Assembly (NCBI GenBank): GCA_045566115.1
Contig: JBJLEC010000002.1
Span: 1 to 60,991, forward strand
Source: Candidatus Pelagibacter sp.
GTDB taxonomy: Bacteria > Pseudomonadota > Alphaproteobacteria > Pelagibacterales > Pelagibacteraceae
Direction: 5' to 3'
DNA: 60,991 nucleotides
In this document: in pieces, positions 1 to 13,693 of the stretch
Numbering within the stretch: position 1 is the stretch's first letter
How the letters are laid out: each line of letters starts with the position of its first letter
Notes under the pieces: model-generated
What the model saw: the letters and a program-made list of their open reading frames with translations, nothing else
Told to the model about the DNA's origin: nothing
Databases searched by the model: none
Made by a program: the position numbers and the translations under genes

Positions 1-2286
1 CCTTACAAAAAAGTGGTCAATGGAAAAGTTACTTCAGAAATTAAATATCTTTCAGCAATAGAGGAAGAAAAATTTACAATTGCGCAAGCAAATTCAGCTT
101 TGAGCAAAGATGGATCTTTTGCAGAAGAATTAGTTGCTTGTAGAAGAAATCTAAACTTTGAATTATCTACGAGAGAAAGCATTGATTATATTGATGTCTC
201 TCCTAAACAATTAGTATCTGTCGCAGCTGCATTGATTCCATTTTTGGAAAATGATGATGCCAATAGAGCTTTGATGGGATCAAATATGATGAGACAAGCT
301 GTCCCCTTATTAAAACCTGAGTCGCCTTTAGTAGGTACTGGTATCGAGGCTGATGTAGCTTTGGACTCCGGAGTAACAATTGTTGCAAAGAGGAGTGGTT
401 TAGTTGAGAAAATTGATGGAAAACGTATTGTTGTTAAAGCAACAGATGTTACAGATTTATCTCAATCTACAGTGGATATATATAATTTATCTAAATTTCA
501 AAGATCAAATCAAAATACATGCATTAATCAAAAACCTTTAGTTAAAGTTGGAGATAAAATTAAAAAAGGAGACATAATAGCTGACGGTCCTGCTACAAAA
601 TTAGGTGAATTAGCTCTAGGAAAAAATGTAACAGTCGCCTTTATGCCATGGCAGGGTTATAATTTTGAAGATTCTATTTTAATTTCTGAAAGATGCGTAA
701 CAGATGATGTGTTTACGTCAGTACATATTGAAGAATATGAGTCGATGGCAAGAGATACAAAATTAGGTGCCGAAGAAATTACAAGAGACATACCAAATGT
801 AAGCGAAGAAAGTTTAAGAAATTTGGATGAGTCCGGAATTGTATATGTTGGTGCAGAAGTTAAACCAAGTGATATTTTAGTTGGCAAAGTTACACCTAAA
901 AGCGAAACCTCATCAAGCCCTGAAGAAAAATTATTAAGATCTATTTTCGGTGAAAAAGCTACTGATGTAAGAGACTCATCATTAAAGCTCCCTTCTGGAA
1001 GCACAGGTGTAGTAATAGATGTAAGAGTTTTTAACAGGCATGGTATAGAAAAAGATGAGAGATCTATAGCTATTGAACGAGCAGAAATAGAAGCTGTTCA
1101 AGAAGATAAAAAAGTGGAAGAAGAAATACTTAATAGAAATATTAAATTACGAGCAATTGATTTACTGAATGGCCAAAGTATTAAGAAACAATTTGATAAT
1201 CTAAAACCTGGAACAACACTAAATGTTAATGATTTTGAAAATTTAACTTTAAACAATTTATGGAAATTGTCTTTAGAAAAAGATGAACTAAATAAAGACT
1301 TAGAGAAGTTAAAAAATCAATTTGATGATGCATCGGAAGATATAAAATTAAGATTTGAGGATAAAGTTACAAAAATACAACAAGGAGATGACTTATTACC
1401 TACTGTAATGAAAGTTGTAAAAGTTTTTGTTGCTGTAAAAAGAAGATTAATGCCTGGAGATAAGATGGCTGGTAGACACGGAAACAAAGGTGTTGTCAGT
1501 AAAATAGTCCCCGTAGAAGATATGCCATACATGCAAAATGGTAAACCCGTTGATATTGTTTTAAATCCTCTAGGTGTTCCAAGTCGTATGAATGTTGGAC
1601 AAATTCTTGAGACACATCTTGGTTGGTCATGTTCTGAACTGGGTGATCAAATTAAACAATATTTAAAAAATTTTGATAACGAAATAGAAAAAATAAAAGA
1701 GAAACTTAAAGAAATTTATGGAGTAACTTATTACGATAATATAATTTCTAAATTATCTAATAAAGAAATTGCGGAGTTAGTTCAGAATTTATCTAATGGT
1801 GTTCCGATCGCAACTCCTGTTTTTGATGGAGCAAGCACAGATGATATAAACAAAATGTTAGATTTAGCTAAACTTCCAAATTCCGGACAAACTCATTTAT
1901 GGAATGGACAAACTGGTGAACGTTTTGATCGACCAGTAACCGTAGGAATAATTTATATGCTTAAATTAAATCATTTAGTTGAAGATAAAATTCATGCTAG
2001 GTCTACAGGACCTTACAGTTTAGTAACACAACAGCCATTAGGTGGAAAAGCTCAATTAGGTGGACAAAGATTTGGTGAAATGGAGGTGTGGGCTTTAGAA
2101 GCTTATGGTGCATCTTACACTTTACAAGAAATATTAACTGTTAAATCAGATGATGTTGCAGGTAGAACAAAAGTTTATGAAACAATTGTAAAAGGTAATA
2201 ATAATTTTGAATCAGGTGTGCCCGAGTCATTTAATGTTTTAATTAAAGAAATTAGAGCATTAGGATTAAACATAGAATTAAATTAA
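1..2286 (+). CDS. rpoB: RNA polymerase beta subunit, 5'-truncated by window edge
   Basis: Frame open from base 1. Motifs [44 protein letters not shown]. Confidence 0.99.
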   Translation, partial: PYKKVVNGKVTSEIKYLSAIEEEKFTIAQANSALSKDGSFAEELVACRRNLNFELSTRESIDYIDVSPKQLVSVAAALIPFLENDDANRALMGSNMMRQAVPLLKPESPLVGTGIEADVALDSGVTIVAKRSGLVEKIDGKRIVVKATDVTDLSQSTVDIYNLSKFQRSNQNTCINQKPLVKVGDKIKKGDIIADGPATKLGELALGKNVTVAFMPWQGYNFEDSILISERCVTDDVFTSVHIEEYESMARDTKLGAEEITRDIPNVSEESLRNLDESGIVYVGAEVKPSDILVGKVTPKSETSSSPEEKLLRSIFGEKATDVRDSSLKLPSGSTGVVIDVRVFNRHGIEKDERSIAIERAEIEAVQEDKKVEEEILNRNIKLRAIDLLNGQSIKKQFDNLKPGTTLNVNDFENLTLNNLWKLSLEKDELNKDLEKLKNQFDDASEDIKLRFEDKVTKIQQGDDLLPTVMKVVKVFVAVKRRLMPGDKMAGRHGNKGVVSKIVPVEDMPYMQNGKPVDIVLNPLGVPSRMNVGQILETHLGWSCSELGDQIKQYLKNFDNEIEKIKEKLKEIYGVTYYDNIISKLSNKEIAELVQNLSNGVPIATPVFDGASTDDINKMLDLAKLPNSGQTHLWNGQTGERFDRPVTVGIIYMLKLNHLVEDKIHARSTGPYSLVTQQPLGGKAQLGGQRFGEMEVWALEAYGASYTLQEILTVKSDDVAGRTKVYETIVKGNNNFESGVPESFNVLIKEIRALGLNIELN

Positions 2287-2288
2287 TT

Positions 2289-5200
2289 ATGGAAAAAAAT
2301 TTAACAAAAAACTTTGAAAATCAAAATATTACTCAGGAGAATAATTTTGATAGTATTAAAATTACTTTAGCAAGTCCTGAAAAAATTAAATCTTGGTCAT
2401 ATGGTGAAATAAAAAAACCAGAAACAATCAATTATAGAACTTTTAGACCTGAGAAGGACGGCTTATTTTGTTCAAGAATATTCGGACCAGTAAAAGATTA
2501 CGAATGTCTTTGTGGTAAATATAAAAGAATGAAATTTAGAGGTATAATTTGTGAAAAATGTGGTGTTGAAGTAACTAAATCTAATGTGAGAAGAGAAAGA
2601 ATGGGACACATTGATCTAGCATGTCCTGTAGCACATATTTGGTTTTTAAAATCACTACCCAGTAGAATTTCTCTAGCAATTGATATGAAATTGAAAGAAG
2701 TTGAAAAAGTTTTATACTTTGAAAGCTTTATTGTCGTTGAACCAGGATTAACAACTCTAAAAAAGGGTCAATTAATTTCTGAAGAAGATTTAATTAAAGC
2801 ACAAGAAGAATTTGGAGAAGATGCTTTTACAGCTGGTATGGGAGCTGAAGCAGTTAGAGAAATTTTAATTAATTTAGATCTAAAAAAAGAACAAAAAAAA
2901 CTTAGAGAATCATTAGTAGATATTAAATCCAAAGTCACTGAAGAGAGAACAATAAAAAGGTTAAAATTACTCGAGTCATTTATTTCTTCTGGAAATAAAC
3001 CTGAGTGGATGATTTTGACCTCTGTACCAGTGATTCCCCCAGAATTAAGACCTTTAGTGCCTTTAGATGGTGGTAGATTTGCTACTTCAGACTTGAACGA
3101 TTTATATAGAAGAGTAATAAATAGAAACAATCGATTAAAAAGACTTTTAGATCTTAAGGCGCCAGATATAATCGTTAGAAACGAGAAAAGAATGCTTCAG
3201 GAGTCTGTTGATGCTCTTTTTGATAACGGAAGAAGGGGAAGAGTTATTACCGGCACTGGTAAACGACCATTAAAATCTTTAGCAGAAATGCTTAAAGGGA
3301 AACAAGGTAGATTTAGACAGAATTTGTTAGGTAAACGAGTAGATTATTCCGGAAGATCAGTAATTGTAGTTGGCCCTGAATTAAAGCTGCATCAATGCGG
3401 CTTACCAAAAAAAATGGCATTAGAATTATTTAAACCTTTTTTATACGCTAGATTAGATAAGCTAGGATTAGCTACTACTATCAAACAAGCTAAGAGGCTA
3501 GTAGAAAAAGAAAAAAGTGAAGTATGGGATTCGCTGGAACATATTATTAGAGAACATCCAATTCTTTTAAATAGAGCGCCAACACTACATAGATTAGGTG
3601 TGCAAGCTTTTGAAGCTAAACTTATAGAAGGAAATGCGATTGAGCTACATCCATTAGTTTGTGCTGCATTTAATGCAGATTTTGATGGAGACCAAATGGC
3701 AGTTCATATACCTTTAAGTTTAGAGGCTCAATTAGAGGCAAGAGTTTTAATGATGTCTACTAATAATATATTAAGCCCATCAAATGGAAAGCCAATAATA
3801 GTTCCCAGTCAGGATATTGTTTTAGGAATCTATTATTTATCACAAGCTGATGAAAATGAAAAAAAACCAAAAGGCGTATTTTTAAACATCGAAGAAATAG
3901 AACAAGCTCTTGAAAATAAGTCAATAAGTTTACACTCAAAAATAATCTCAACATTTAAAACAGTCGACAAAGACAATAATCCAGTGATAGAAAAATATAC
4001 AAGTACAGCTGGAAGGTTCTTGTTGGCAAATGTTTTACCAATTAATAAAAATATAAAATTTGCAACGGTAAACAAACTTTTAACAAAAAAAAATGTATCT
4101 GAAGTTATTGACACAATATTTAGATTTTGTGGTCAAAAGGAAACGGTTATTTTTTGTGATAAAATAAAAACGTTAGGGTTTAAACATGCATTTAAAGCTG
4201 GAATTTCATTTGGTAAAGATGATTTATTAATACCAAAAACTAAGGAGTCTTTGATTAACAACACAAAAAAACAAATCGAAGATTATGAAAAACAATATTC
4301 AGATGGCCTTATCACAAGAGGTGAAAAATATAATAAAGTAGTAGATGTCTGGTCGAAATGTACTGACACCGTTGCTAATGAAATGATGAAAGAAATTTCA
4401 TCAGCTGAAAAAATTTATGAAGATGATAGAATTGAAACAAATTCTGTCTATATGATGGCTGATTCTGGCGCAAGAGGATCGCAAGCTCAAATGAAGCAGT
4501 TAGCTGGTATGAGGGGATTAATTGCAAAACCATCAGGGGAAATTATTGAAACACCTATCATATCTAATTTTAAAGAAGGTTTATCAGTACTTGAGTACTT
4601 TAATTCAACTCACGGTGCCAGAAAAGGTCTAGCAGACACAGCTCTAAAAACAGCTAATTCAGGATATTTAACAAGAAGGTTATGTGATGTAGCGCAAGAT
4701 GTTCAAATAACAAAAGCAGCTTGTGATCCAAAAAAAAGATCGTCAGTTTTTATCTCTGAAATTATAGAAGGTGGTAACATTTTAGTAAGTTTATCAGAAA
4801 GAGTTTTAGGAAGAGTTATTGCAGAAAATATAAAAAATCCAGTGACTGGTGAAGTTATAATTAAAAAAGACAGATTAATTGATGAATTTGATTGTGAAAA
4901 AATTGATGCAGCAGGAGTGAAATCAGTAAATGTATATTCTGTTATTACATGTGCGTCAACTAAAGGTGTATGTCAAATTTGTTACGGAAGAGATTTGGCA
5001 AGAGGTAAATTAGTCAGTATTGGTGAAGCAGTGGGAATGATTGCTGCTCAATCTATTGGAGAACCTGGTACACAATTAACAATGAGAACCTTTCACGTGG
5101 GTGGTACTGCTCAAATTAAAGAAGAGTCTCAAATAATTGCACAAACTAAAGGTAAACTTAATATTATTAATAAAAATTTGATTGAAGACTCTAAAAAAAA

Positions 5201-6476
5201 TATAATAGTGATGGGTCGAAATACCCAATTAAGCATTGAAGATGATCAACAAAGACAACTTGGAATTTATAAAGTTAACTATGGCTCAAAATTATTTTTT
5301 AAAGATGGTGATATGATTGAAAAAGGAAAAAAAATTGCTGAATGGGATCCATATACACTGCCTGTAATTGCTGAAACAGGTGGTGTAGTTAATTACATGG
5401 ATTTAATGGAAGGTAGTTCCCTTACTGAAACATTAGATGATGCAACAGGATTATCATCAAAATCAGTAACTGACTGGAAATCTTCTTCAAAAAATTCAGA
5501 GTTAAAACCTAGGATTACTTTAAGAAATGATAAAGGTGAAATAATAAAAAAAGCCGATGGCAACGAGGCTAGATATTATCTTGTTCCAGATACTGTTCTT
5601 TCAGTTAAAGATGGTCAAAAAATATCAGCGGGTGATGTTTTAGCTAGACTTCCAAAAGAAACATCAAAAACAAAAGATATTACAGGAGGATTACCAAGAG
5701 TAGCTGAATTATTCGAAGCAAGAAAACCAAAAGATAGCGCAATTATAGCTGAAAATGATGGTGTTATAGAATTTGGAAAAGAAGTTAGAGGTAAACAAAA
5801 AATTTCTATTGTTGCTTCAAACGGAGAAACTTCAAATTACCTTATACCAAAAGGAAAACATGTTAATTTTAACCAAGGTGAAAAAATAAAAAAAGGTGAA
5901 TACTTATTAGATGGAGCTCCTTTACCACATGATATCTTGAGAGTTTTGGGTGTTGAAAAACTAACTGAATATTTCATAACAGAAGTACAAGAAGTCTATA
6001 GACTGCAAGGCGTAGTTATAAATGATAAACACATAGAAACAATTGTGAGACAAATGTTAAAAAGAGTTGAAATTAAAGACCCAGGCGAATCCAACTTACT
6101 TTCTGGAGAAGTAATTGATTTGTTAGACATTAATTTTATAAATGACAAATTGAGAGAAGAGAAGAAAAAACCTGCTTTATTTGAACGAATTCTATTAGGA
6201 ATAACTAAAGCTTCTTTACAAACAAATTCATTTATTTCTGCTGCGTCTTTTCAAGAAACTACTAGAGTCTTAACAGATGCTTCAATAAAAGGTAAAGTAG
6301 ACTCCCTAGAAGGACTAAAAGAAAATGTTATAGTTGGAAGATTAGTTCCAGCTGGAACGGGATTAACAAAAATAGATTGGGATAAGAAGGCTAGGGAGCT
6401 AGATAAGTCAAGAATAGAGGAACTAAAAAAACAAGAGCTAGAATCCGCTGCTACAGCGACAGAACAACCGGCTTAA
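2289..6476 (+). CDS. rpoC: RNA polymerase beta' subunit
   Basis: NADFDGD catalytic motif, N-terminal CLCGKYK...CEKCG zinc site, 1395 aa. Confidence 0.99.
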   Translation: MEKNLTKNFENQNITQENNFDSIKITLASPEKIKSWSYGEIKKPETINYRTFRPEKDGLFCSRIFGPVKDYECLCGKYKRMKFRGIICEKCGVEVTKSNVRRERMGHIDLACPVAHIWFLKSLPSRISLAIDMKLKEVEKVLYFESFIVVEPGLTTLKKGQLISEEDLIKAQEEFGEDAFTAGMGAEAVREILINLDLKKEQKKLRESLVDIKSKVTEERTIKRLKLLESFISSGNKPEWMILTSVPVIPPELRPLVPLDGGRFATSDLNDLYRRVINRNNRLKRLLDLKAPDIIVRNEKRMLQESVDALFDNGRRGRVITGTGKRPLKSLAEMLKGKQGRFRQNLLGKRVDYSGRSVIVVGPELKLHQCGLPKKMALELFKPFLYARLDKLGLATTIKQAKRLVEKEKSEVWDSLEHIIREHPILLNRAPTLHRLGVQAFEAKLIEGNAIELHPLVCAAFNADFDGDQMAVHIPLSLEAQLEARVLMMSTNNILSPSNGKPIIVPSQDIVLGIYYLSQADENEKKPKGVFLNIEEIEQALENKSISLHSKIISTFKTVDKDNNPVIEKYTSTAGRFLLANVLPINKNIKFATVNKLLTKKNVSEVIDTIFRFCGQKETVIFCDKIKTLGFKHAFKAGISFGKDDLLIPKTKESLINNTKKQIEDYEKQYSDGLITRGEKYNKVVDVWSKCTDTVANEMMKEISSAEKIYEDDRIETNSVYMMADSGARGSQAQMKQLAGMRGLIAKPSGEIIETPIISNFKEGLSVLEYFNSTHGARKGLADTALKTANSGYLTRRLCDVAQDVQITKAACDPKKRSSVFISEIIEGGNILVSLSERVLGRVIAENIKNPVTGEVIIKKDRLIDEFDCEKIDAAGVKSVNVYSVITCASTKGVCQICYGRDLARGKLVSIGEAVGMIAAQSIGEPGTQLTMRTFHVGGTAQIKEESQIIAQTKGKLNIINKNLIEDSKKNIIVMGRNTQLSIEDDQQRQLGIYKVNYGSKLFFKDGDMIEKGKKIAEWDPYTLPVIAETGGVVNYMDLMEGSSLTETLDDATGLSSKSVTDWKSSSKNSELKPRITLRNDKGEIIKKADGNEARYYLVPDTVLSVKDGQKISAGDVLARLPKETSKTKDITGGLPRVAELFEARKPKDSAIIAENDGVIEFGKEVRGKQKISIVASNGETSNYLIPKGKHVNFNQGEKIKKGEYLLDGAPLPHDILRVLGVEKLTEYFITEVQEVYRLQGVVINDKHIETIVRQMLKRVEIKDPGESNLLSGEVIDLLDINFINDKLREEKKKPALFERILLGITKASLQTNSFISAASFQETTRVLTDASIKGKVDSLEGLKENVIVGRLVPAGTGLTKIDWDKKARELDKSRIEELKKQELESAATATEQPA

Positions 6477-6500
6477 ATTTAATCAATACCCTATTAAATA

Positions 6501-6528
6501 TTGACTTTTATGCATTCAATGTTAGTTT
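6501..6528 (+). promoter_or_regulatory. Putative sigma70 promoter of the str operon
   Basis: TTGACT (6501-6506), 16 nt, TAGTTT (6523-6528) with TG extension. Confidence 0.6.
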
Positions 6529-6533
6529 ACGAC

Positions 6534-6622
6534 AATTTTTGAATGTTAGAAGTAAGGCGTATTAAAACCTTAAACACTAACTAAAAATATATCAAGGCTG
6601 TCTTCGCTTTAACTTCAAAATT
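6534..6622 (+). ncRNA. Structured rpsL 5' leader, probable ribosomal-protein autoregulatory RNA (rpsL_ricks-like)
   Basis: AATTTTTGAATGTTAGAAG pairs with CTTTAACTTCAAAATT. Inner TAAGG/CCTTA hairpin. Ends just before the rpsL ATG. Confidence 0.6.
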
Positions 6623-6627
6623 TTATT

Positions 6628-6999
6628 ATGCCGACTATTAATCAATTGATTAAAAAAAGTAGAATTAAACCTATTGCTAGAAATAAAGTTCCAGCACTTG
6701 AAAAACAACCACTTAAACGTGGTGTGTGTGTTAAAGTTTATACAACAACACCTAAAAAACCTAACTCAGCATTAAGAAAAGTTGCAAGGGTTAGACTATC
6801 TAACGGTTTTGAAGTTACAGCTTATATACCAGGTGAGGGACATAATTTACAAGAACACTCTGTAGTTTTATTACGTGGTGGTCGTGTAAAAGATTTACCA
6901 GGTGTTCGTTACCACATTTTAAGAGGTAACTTGGATACACAAGGTGTTGCAAATCGTAAACAAAGAAGATCGTTATACGGAGCGAAAAAACCAAAATAA
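6628..6999 (+). CDS. rpsL: 30S ribosomal protein S12
   Basis: [28 protein letters not shown]. Confidence 0.99.
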   Translation: MPTINQLIKKSRIKPIARNKVPALEKQPLKRGVCVKVYTTTPKKPNSALRKVARVRLSNGFEVTAYIPGEGHNLQEHSVVLLRGGRVKDLPGVRYHILRGNLDTQGVANRKQRRSLYGAKKPK

Positions 7000-7002
7000 T
7001 TT

Positions 7003-7473
7003 ATGTCTAGAAAAAGAAAAGCTCCAGTTAGAAAAGTTTATCCTGATCCAAAATTTCATTCTGAAGTTGTTTCAAAATTTATAAATTCAATTATGTATGA
7101 CGGCAAAAGATCAACAGCAGAAAAAATTCTTTATGATGCTCTAGATAAAATTAAATCAAAAAATAACGAAGATCCATTAAAACTTTTTAATACAGCTATT
7201 AGTAACGTTAAACCAAATTTAGAATGTAGATCTAGAAGAGTTGGTGGAGCCACATACCAAGTTCCTGTAGAAGTTAAAGCAAAAAGAGGCCAAGCTTTAG
7301 CTTTGAGATGGTTGATGGATGCAACACGTAAAAGAAAAAATAAAACAATGGCAGAAAAATTATACGCAGAACTTTTAGATGCTTCTCAAAACAAAGGTTC
7401 AGCAATTAAAAAAAGAGAAGACACACATAAAATGGCAGAATCCAATAAAGCTTTTGCGCATTTTAGATGGTAA
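7003..7473 (+). CDS. rpsG: 30S ribosomal protein S7
   Basis: [24 protein letters not shown]. Confidence 0.99.
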   Translation: MSRKRKAPVRKVYPDPKFHSEVVSKFINSIMYDGKRSTAEKILYDALDKIKSKNNEDPLKLFNTAISNVKPNLECRSRRVGGATYQVPVEVKAKRGQALALRWLMDATRKRKNKTMAEKLYAELLDASQNKGSAIKKREDTHKMAESNKAFAHFRW

Positions 7474-7479
7474 ACTTTT

Positions 7480-9555
7480 ATGGCTACTAAATATACGTTA
7501 GATAAATATAGAAACATTGGTATCATGGCTCATATAGATGCTGGTAAAACAACTACGACAGAAAGAATTTTATATTATACGGGCAAAAGTCATAAAATTG
7601 GTGAAGTTCATGACGGTGCCGCAACAATGGATTGGATGGAACAAGAACAAGAGAGAGGCATCACAATTACTTCTGCCGCAACAACTTGTTTCTGGAACGA
7701 TCATAGAATTAATATTATAGACACACCAGGTCACGTTGATTTTACTATTGAAGTTGAAAGATCTTTAAAAGTTTTAGATGGCGCAGTTTGTGTTTTTGAC
7801 GGTGTTGCAGGTGTTGAACCTCAATCTGAAACAGTTTGGAGGCAAGCTGACAAATACAAAGTTCCAAGGATATGTTTTGTTAATAAACTTGATCGTACAG
7901 GTGCCGATTTTTATCGTTGTGTTGATATGATTAAAGATAGACTTGGATGTAAACCTCTGGTTTTACAACTTCCTGTTGGCTCAGAAGCTGATTTAAAAGG
8001 GGTAATTGATTTAGTGAAAATGAAAGCTGTTATTTGGCAGAATGAGGATCTTGGTGCTAAATTTGATGTTGTTGATATTCCTGATGACCTTAAAGAAAAA
8101 GCGAATACATATAGAAAAGAACTTGTTGAAGCTGCAGTTGAGCAAGATGAAAAATTAATGGAAGAATATTTAGATGGTAAAGAACCTTCAGAATCAGACT
8201 TAATTAAATGTATTAGAAAAGGAACACTAGGTTTTAGTTTTGTTCCAATTACAACAGGATCAGCTTTTAAAAACAAAGGCGTCCAACCTTTACTAGATGC
8301 AGTAATAGATTATTTGCCAAGTCCTCTAGATATTGGATCGATAGAAGCAACTAAACTAAATTCTGATGATAAATTAGAAATGAAATTTAATGATAATGAA
8401 CCATTTTCAGCTTTAGCTTTTAAAGTAGCCAATGACCCGTTTGTAGGATCACTAACATTCATTAGAATTTACTCAGGTAAAATTCAAGCAGGTACATCTG
8501 TATATAATTCATCAAAAGAAAAAACAGAAAGAGTAGGAAGAATGCTTTTAATGCATGCTAATAGTAGAGAAGATATTAAAGAGGCAACTACAGGTGACAT
8601 TGTAGCATTAGCTGGATTAAAGCATACTATCACTGGTCACACATTATGTAACGAAAATAAACCTATTTTGTTAGAACCGATGGAATTTCCTGATCCCGTT
8701 ATAGAAATTGCTGTAGAACCAAAAACAAAAGCTGACCAAGAAAAAATGGGTGAAGCACTAGGTAGGCTAGCTAAAGAAGACCCTTCTTTTAGAGTCACGT
8801 CAGACGAGGAGTCAGGTCAAACAATTATTAAAGGGATGGGAGAATTACACCTTGATATTATTGTTGATAGAATGAAAAGAGAATTTAAAGTTGAAGCAAA
8901 TGTTGGAGCACCTCAAGTTGCTTATAGAGAAACAATACTCAGTGCCACAGAAGTTACTTACATTCATAAAAAACAAAGTGGAGGATCAGGTCAATTTGCA
9001 AAAGTTACATTGAGTGTAGAGCCTTTAGAACCAGGGCAAGGCAGAGAAGTTGAAAATAAGATTAAAGGTGGATCTATACCTAAAGAATTCATACCTGGTG
9101 TAGAAAAAGGAGTGTTAAGTGTTGCTGAAAGTGGAATATTAGCAGGCTTTCCAGTAATCGATTATAAAGTTACAATTTTAGACGGTTTACATCACGATGT
9201 TGACTCAAGTGTATTGGCTTTCGAAATTGCTTCAAGAATGTGTTTTAGAGAAGCATGTACAAAAGCTACTTTAAAATTACTAGAGCCAATGATGAAAGTT
9301 GAAGTGGTTACACCAGAAGATTTTATGGGAGATGTTATAGGTGACTTAAATAGCAGACGTGGTCAAGTCGCTTCTACAGAAGCAAGAGGAAACGCAACTG
9401 CTATTAATGCTACAGTGCCGCTAGCAAACATGTTTGGTTACATAAATAATTTAAGATCCTCTACGCAAGGCAGAGCTCAATATACAATGCAATTTAGTCA
9501 TTACGATAAAGTTCCTCAAAATGTTCAGGACGAAGTAACAAAGAAATTAGCTTAA
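7480..9555 (+). CDS. fusA: Elongation factor G
   Basis: [32 protein letters not shown]. Confidence 0.99.
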   Translation: MATKYTLDKYRNIGIMAHIDAGKTTTTERILYYTGKSHKIGEVHDGAATMDWMEQEQERGITITSAATTCFWNDHRINIIDTPGHVDFTIEVERSLKVLDGAVCVFDGVAGVEPQSETVWRQADKYKVPRICFVNKLDRTGADFYRCVDMIKDRLGCKPLVLQLPVGSEADLKGVIDLVKMKAVIWQNEDLGAKFDVVDIPDDLKEKANTYRKELVEAAVEQDEKLMEEYLDGKEPSESDLIKCIRKGTLGFSFVPITTGSAFKNKGVQPLLDAVIDYLPSPLDIGSIEATKLNSDDKLEMKFNDNEPFSALAFKVANDPFVGSLTFIRIYSGKIQAGTSVYNSSKEKTERVGRMLLMHANSREDIKEATTGDIVALAGLKHTITGHTLCNENKPILLEPMEFPDPVIEIAVEPKTKADQEKMGEALGRLAKEDPSFRVTSDEESGQTIIKGMGELHLDIIVDRMKREFKVEANVGAPQVAYRETILSATEVTYIHKKQSGGSGQFAKVTLSVEPLEPGQGREVENKIKGGSIPKEFIPGVEKGVLSVAESGILAGFPVIDYKVTILDGLHHDVDSSVLAFEIASRMCFREACTKATLKLLEPMMKVEVVTPEDFMGDVIGDLNSRRGQVASTEARGNATAINATVPLANMFGYINNLRSSTQGRAQYTMQFSHYDKVPQNVQDEVTKKLA

Positions 9556-9559
9556 TTTT

Positions 9560-9868
9560 ATGGAAAACCAAAATATTAGAATTCACCTGAAGGCTTACGA
9601 CAACAAGATACTAGATCTATCAACGGAGGAAATTGTAAATACAGCAAAAAGAACTGGTGCTCAAGTTAAAGGTCCAATACCCTTACCAACTAGAATCGAG
9701 AGATATACAGTACTTAGATCTCCTCATATTGATAAAAAAAGTCGAGAACAATTTGAATCAAGAACGCACAAAAGATTAATAGATATTATAGAACCAACAC
9801 CGCAGACAGTTGAAGCTCTAATGAAATTAGATTTAGCTTCAGGTGTAGATATTGAAATAAAAATTTAA
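9560..9868 (+). CDS. rpsJ: 30S ribosomal protein S10
   Basis: [20 protein letters not shown]. Confidence 0.99.
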   Translation: MENQNIRIHLKAYDNKILDLSTEEIVNTAKRTGAQVKGPIPLPTRIERYTVLRSPHIDKKSREQFESRTHKRLIDIIEPTPQTVEALMKLDLASGVDIEIKI

Positions 9869-9872
9869 AATT

Positions 9873-10577
9873 ATGACTATAGGATTAATAGGAACAAAAA
9901 TTGGAATGACCAGAGAGTTTATGGAAAGCGGTCAATCTGTTCCTGTCACAGTTATAAAAGTTGAAAAAGGTAGAGTTTTAGACATTATATCTAAGGATAA
10001 AAGAGGATACAGCGCCATCAAACTTGGTTTTTTTAGATTAAAAAATTCTAAATTAACCAAACAAATGAAAGGTTACTTTACTAAAAAAAATACTGAACCT
10101 AAAAAAATTCTTAAAGAATTTAGAGTTAAAAATACTGAAGAATATAAAGAAGGAAATGAATTAGGATTAGAAATTTTTAAAGATAAAAAATTTTTAGACG
10201 TAAGATCAAAAACGATAGGTAAAGGATTTGCAGGTGTGATGAAAAGATGGAATTTTGGTGGATTAAGAGCATCACATGGTGTTTCTGTATCACATAGGTC
10301 ACATGGTTCCACAGGTCAGAGACAGGATCCTGGTAAAGTTTTTAAAGGAAAAAAAATGGCTGGCCATATGGGCGATAAGTTAAGAACAATGTTAAATTTA
10401 GAAATTGTAAAATCTGATTTAGAAAATAACTTATTGTATTTAAAAGGATCAATACCAGGCTCTAAAAATTCTACAGTAATTCTTAGAGAGGCAGTTAAAG
10501 ACATAACTAGAAAAACATTAAAAGAAAAGCATGAAGCTAAAATTAAAGCAGCAGCTGCAAAAAAGGGTAAGAAATAA
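9873..10577 (+). CDS. rplC: 50S ribosomal protein L3
   Basis: KIGMT, GKGFAGVMKRW, PGKVFKGKKMAGHMG. Confidence 0.99.
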   Translation: MTIGLIGTKIGMTREFMESGQSVPVTVIKVEKGRVLDIISKDKRGYSAIKLGFFRLKNSKLTKQMKGYFTKKNTEPKKILKEFRVKNTEEYKEGNELGLEIFKDKKFLDVRSKTIGKGFAGVMKRWNFGGLRASHGVSVSHRSHGSTGQRQDPGKVFKGKKMAGHMGDKLRTMLNLEIVKSDLENNLLYLKGSIPGSKNSTVILREAVKDITRKTLKEKHEAKIKAAAAKKGKK

Positions 10578-11213
10578 ATGAAATTTCCACTTTTAAATAT
10601 TGACGGTTCAAAAGCTGAAACGATCGAAATTTCAGATAAAATTGTTAAACTTAAGGTAAATCATAAATTAATTAAATTTGTAATAGATTGGCAATTTAAT
10701 CATTCAAAACCTAGAACAGCTAAGACAAAACAGAGAAATGAAATAAGAGGATCTACAAAAAAAATAGCCCCTCAAAAGGGTGGTGGAGGAGCAAGACATG
10801 CAAGTAAGAAAGCTCCATTATTTGTTGGTGGTGGTGTAGCACATGGACCCAAAGGATCTAAATATAAAGTTAAAAAGATTAATAAAAAAGTAAGAAAATT
10901 AGCATTAGCACAGACACTTTCTAAAAAGAATTCAGATAAGAGTTTACATATATTAGCTGATGTAAAAAAAGAGGTTAAAAAAACTAAAGAATTTAATAAT
11001 TTTTTAGAGAAAAATAAACTGGATAACGCTTTGATAATTTCTGATTCTGATTCTATGAAAAATATTAATAAATCAGCTAGAAATATTAAAAATATCAAAT
11101 TAATTAAAGATGAGGGAACTAATATTTATGATCTTTTTAAATACAAAAATGTAATCATTACTTCTTCTTCCGCAAAAAAAATACAAGATAGGATTTTAAA
11201 TGAAAAAAATTAA
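10578..11213 (+). CDS. rplD: 50S ribosomal protein L4
   Basis: QKGGGGARH, GGGVAHGPK, S10-operon position. Confidence 0.98.
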   Translation: MKFPLLNIDGSKAETIEISDKIVKLKVNHKLIKFVIDWQFNHSKPRTAKTKQRNEIRGSTKKIAPQKGGGGARHASKKAPLFVGGGVAHGPKGSKYKVKKINKKVRKLALAQTLSKKNSDKSLHILADVKKEVKKTKEFNNFLEKNKLDNALIISDSDSMKNINKSARNIKNIKLIKDEGTNIYDLFKYKNVIITSSSAKKIQDRILNEKN

Positions 11214-11493
11214 TCACATAGACTCTATAAGACATCCTATTATAACAGAAAAAGCTACAATATTATCTGAGCAAAATAAAACTGTATTCAAAGTTCATGA
11301 AAAAGCTAATAAAAAAACTATTAAAAAAAATATAGAAAAACTATTTAAAGTGAACGTTATTAAAGTAAATATAATTAATCAAAAATCTAAACTTAAGATT
11401 AAACAGGGAAAAAAATCTATAAAAAGTGGATATAAAAAAGCAATAATAACTCTAAAAAAAGGTCAAAGTATAGATCTTACAACGGGCATTTAA
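11200..11493 (+). CDS. rplW: 50S ribosomal protein L23
   Basis: PIITEKA, YKKAIITL, position. Confidence 0.98.
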   Translation: MKKINHIDSIRHPIITEKATILSEQNKTVFKVHEKANKKTIKKNIEKLFKVNVIKVNIINQKSKLKIKQGKKSIKSGYKKAIITLKKGQSIDLTTGI

Positions 11494-11497
11494 TTTT

Positions 11498-12331
11498 ATG
11501 GCATTAAAAACTTTTAAACCCTATACAAAATCTACTAGAGGTACGGTAGTAGTTGATAAAAGCGAATTATGGAAAGGCTCTTCTTATAAACCTTTAACTA
11601 AAGGTCAGCATGTTACTGGAGGAAGAAATAATGCTGGTCGTATAACTTCAAGACATATGGGTGGTGGATCTAAACATAAATTTAGGGTTATTGATTTCTT
11701 TAGAAAAAAGAAAAATATGAAAGCAACAGTAGATAGAATTGAATATGATCCTAACAGAACAGCTTATATTGCTCTAATAACTTATGAAGATAAGGAAAAA
11801 ACTTATATTATTTCTCCGCAAGGTTTAAAAATTGGAGACACGATAGAATCAGGCAAAAATGCTGAAATAAAAATTGGGAACTCATTAGAATTAAAAGATA
11901 TTCCTCAAGGTACAGCTATACACAATGTTGAGCTAATCCCTGGGAATGGTGGTAAACTCGCTAGGTCAGCTGGATCTTCAATTACTTTATCAGGTTATGA
12001 TGGTGATTACGCCATATTAAAACTATCTTCAGGAGAAACTAGAAAAGTAAATAGTTCTTGCGTAGGAACAATTGGTACGGTCTCTAATCCTGACCAAAAA
12101 AATGTTAAAATTGGTAAGGCAGGAAGAAATAGATGGAGGGGTAAAAGACCTCAAACTAGAGGAGTTGCAATGAACCCAGTAGATCACCCACATGGTGGTG
12201 GTGAAGGAAAAACATCGGGCGGAAGAAGTCCAGTTTCCCCATGGGGTCAATCAGCAAAAGGTTTAAAAACAAGAAGACCTCAAAGAAGTGATAAACTTAT
12301 TATAACTAGAAGAAAGAAAAGGAAAAGATAA
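11498..12331 (+). CDS. rplB: 50S ribosomal protein L2
   Basis: [24 protein letters not shown]. Confidence 0.99.
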   Translation: MALKTFKPYTKSTRGTVVVDKSELWKGSSYKPLTKGQHVTGGRNNAGRITSRHMGGGSKHKFRVIDFFRKKKNMKATVDRIEYDPNRTAYIALITYEDKEKTYIISPQGLKIGDTIESGKNAEIKIGNSLELKDIPQGTAIHNVELIPGNGGKLARSAGSSITLSGYDGDYAILKLSSGETRKVNSSCVGTIGTVSNPDQKNVKIGKAGRNRWRGKRPQTRGVAMNPVDHPHGGGEGKTSGGRSPVSPWGQSAKGLKTRRPQRSDKLIITRRKKRKR

Positions 12332-12639
12332 TGGCCAGATCAGTGTGGAAGGGTCCGTTTGTGCATCCAAGTCTACTTAAAAAAATAGACAAGTTAAAAG
12401 ATGCGCCTAACAAAAAACCAATTAAAACTTGGTCAAGACACTCTACTATTATACCTGACTTTGTGGGACATAGTTTTATGATACATAACGGCAAATCATT
12501 TATACCAATAACTATATCAGAAGAAATGGTAGGCCATAAATTAGGTGAATTTGCACCAACAAGAACTTTTAAAGGCCATACTCCAGCAGATAAAAAAGCA
12601 GCTGCACCAGCCTCTAAACCAGCAGGAGATAAGAAATAA
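12331..12639 (+). CDS. rpsS: 30S ribosomal protein S19
   Basis: [21 protein letters not shown]. Confidence 0.99.
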   Translation: MARSVWKGPFVHPSLLKKIDKLKDAPNKKPIKTWSRHSTIIPDFVGHSFMIHNGKSFIPITISEEMVGHKLGEFAPTRTFKGHTPADKKAAAPASKPAGDKK

Positions 12640-13007
12640 TGGATAAAAATAATTCTTTAGTAAAAGCAATAAATAAAAATGTGAGAACAAGTCCAAGAAA
12701 ACTTGCACTAGTTTGTAATTTTATAAAAGGAAAGAAAGCAGATATAGCTTTAAGAGATTTAGAGTTTTCAAGAAAAAGAATAGCAAAAGATGTCAGTAAG
12801 ACAGTAAAATCAGCAATATCTAATGCTGAAAATAATTATCAATTTGATATTGATAATCTTTTTGTAAAAGAAGCTTATGTTGGAAAGTCATTGGTAATGA
12901 AGAGATTTAGACCTAGAGCAAAAGGTAGAGCAAGCCCTATTAAAAAACCATTTAGTAGAATAACTATAGTATTAGAAGAAAAAAAAGAAAAAAAGGTGAA
13001 TAAATAA
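12639..13007 (+). CDS. rplV: 50S ribosomal protein L22
   Basis: [25 protein letters not shown]. Confidence 0.98.
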   Translation: MDKNNSLVKAINKNVRTSPRKLALVCNFIKGKKADIALRDLEFSRKRIAKDVSKTVKSAISNAENNYQFDIDNLFVKEAYVGKSLVMKRFRPRAKGRASPIKKPFSRITIVLEEKKEKKVNK

Positions 13008-13693
13008 TGGGTCAAAAAATAAATCCAATTGGATTAAGATTAGGAATAAATAGAGGCTGGGACTCTACTTGGTTTGCTAAGAAAAAAGATTTTGGTAGAT
13101 ATTTAATAGAAGACTTTAAAATAAGAAATTATATAAAGAAAAATATTACTAACTCTGGTGTTTCTGAAATTATAATTGAGAGATCCTCAAAGAAATGTAC
13201 AGTTTCTATACACACTTCTAGACCTGGATTTGTAATCGGAAAAAAAGGAGCCGATATAGAGAAAATTAAAAAAAATATAATGAAAATTACTGCAAGTGAC
13301 GTAAATGTAAATATTAAAGAAATAAAAAAACCAGAATTAAATTCAAATTTAGTAGCGGAAAATATCGCTCAACAATTAGTTAAAAGAATTGCATACAGAA
13401 GAGCAATGAAAAGAGCTATGCAATCTGCAATGAGATTAAATGCTAAAGGAATTAAAGTAATGTTAAGTGGCCGTTTAGCTGGTAATGAAATAGCAAGAAC
13501 TGAATGGTTAAGAGAAGGAAGCATACCATCACATACATTAAGAGCAGAAATTGATTATGGTGTAGCTGAGGCTTTAACAACTTACGGGATCATTGGTGTT
13601 AAAGTTTGGATTTATAAAGGTGAATTAATGGCTAAAGATGTTGAAAAAGAAAAAAAAGAAAGGGTGAAAAGTGCTACAGCCAGTCAGAACTAA
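13007..13693 (+). CDS. rpsC: 30S ribosomal protein S3
   Basis: [34 protein letters not shown]. Confidence 0.99.
   Translation: MGQKINPIGLRLGINRGWDSTWFAKKKDFGRYLIEDFKIRNYIKKNITNSGVSEIIIERSSKKCTVSIHTSRPGFVIGKKGADIEKIKKNIMKITASDVNVNIKEIKKPELNSNLVAENIAQQLVKRIAYRRAMKRAMQSAMRLNAKGIKVMLSGRLAGNEIARTEWLREGSIPSHTLRAEIDYGVAEALTTYGIIGVKVWIYKGELMAKDVEKEKKERVKSATASQN

Noticed and set aside
2281-2291. Possible rpoB-rpoC fusion as in Wolbachia or Helicobacter
   Set aside because: rpoB has a normal IELN-stop, and rpoC starts 2 nt later in another frame.
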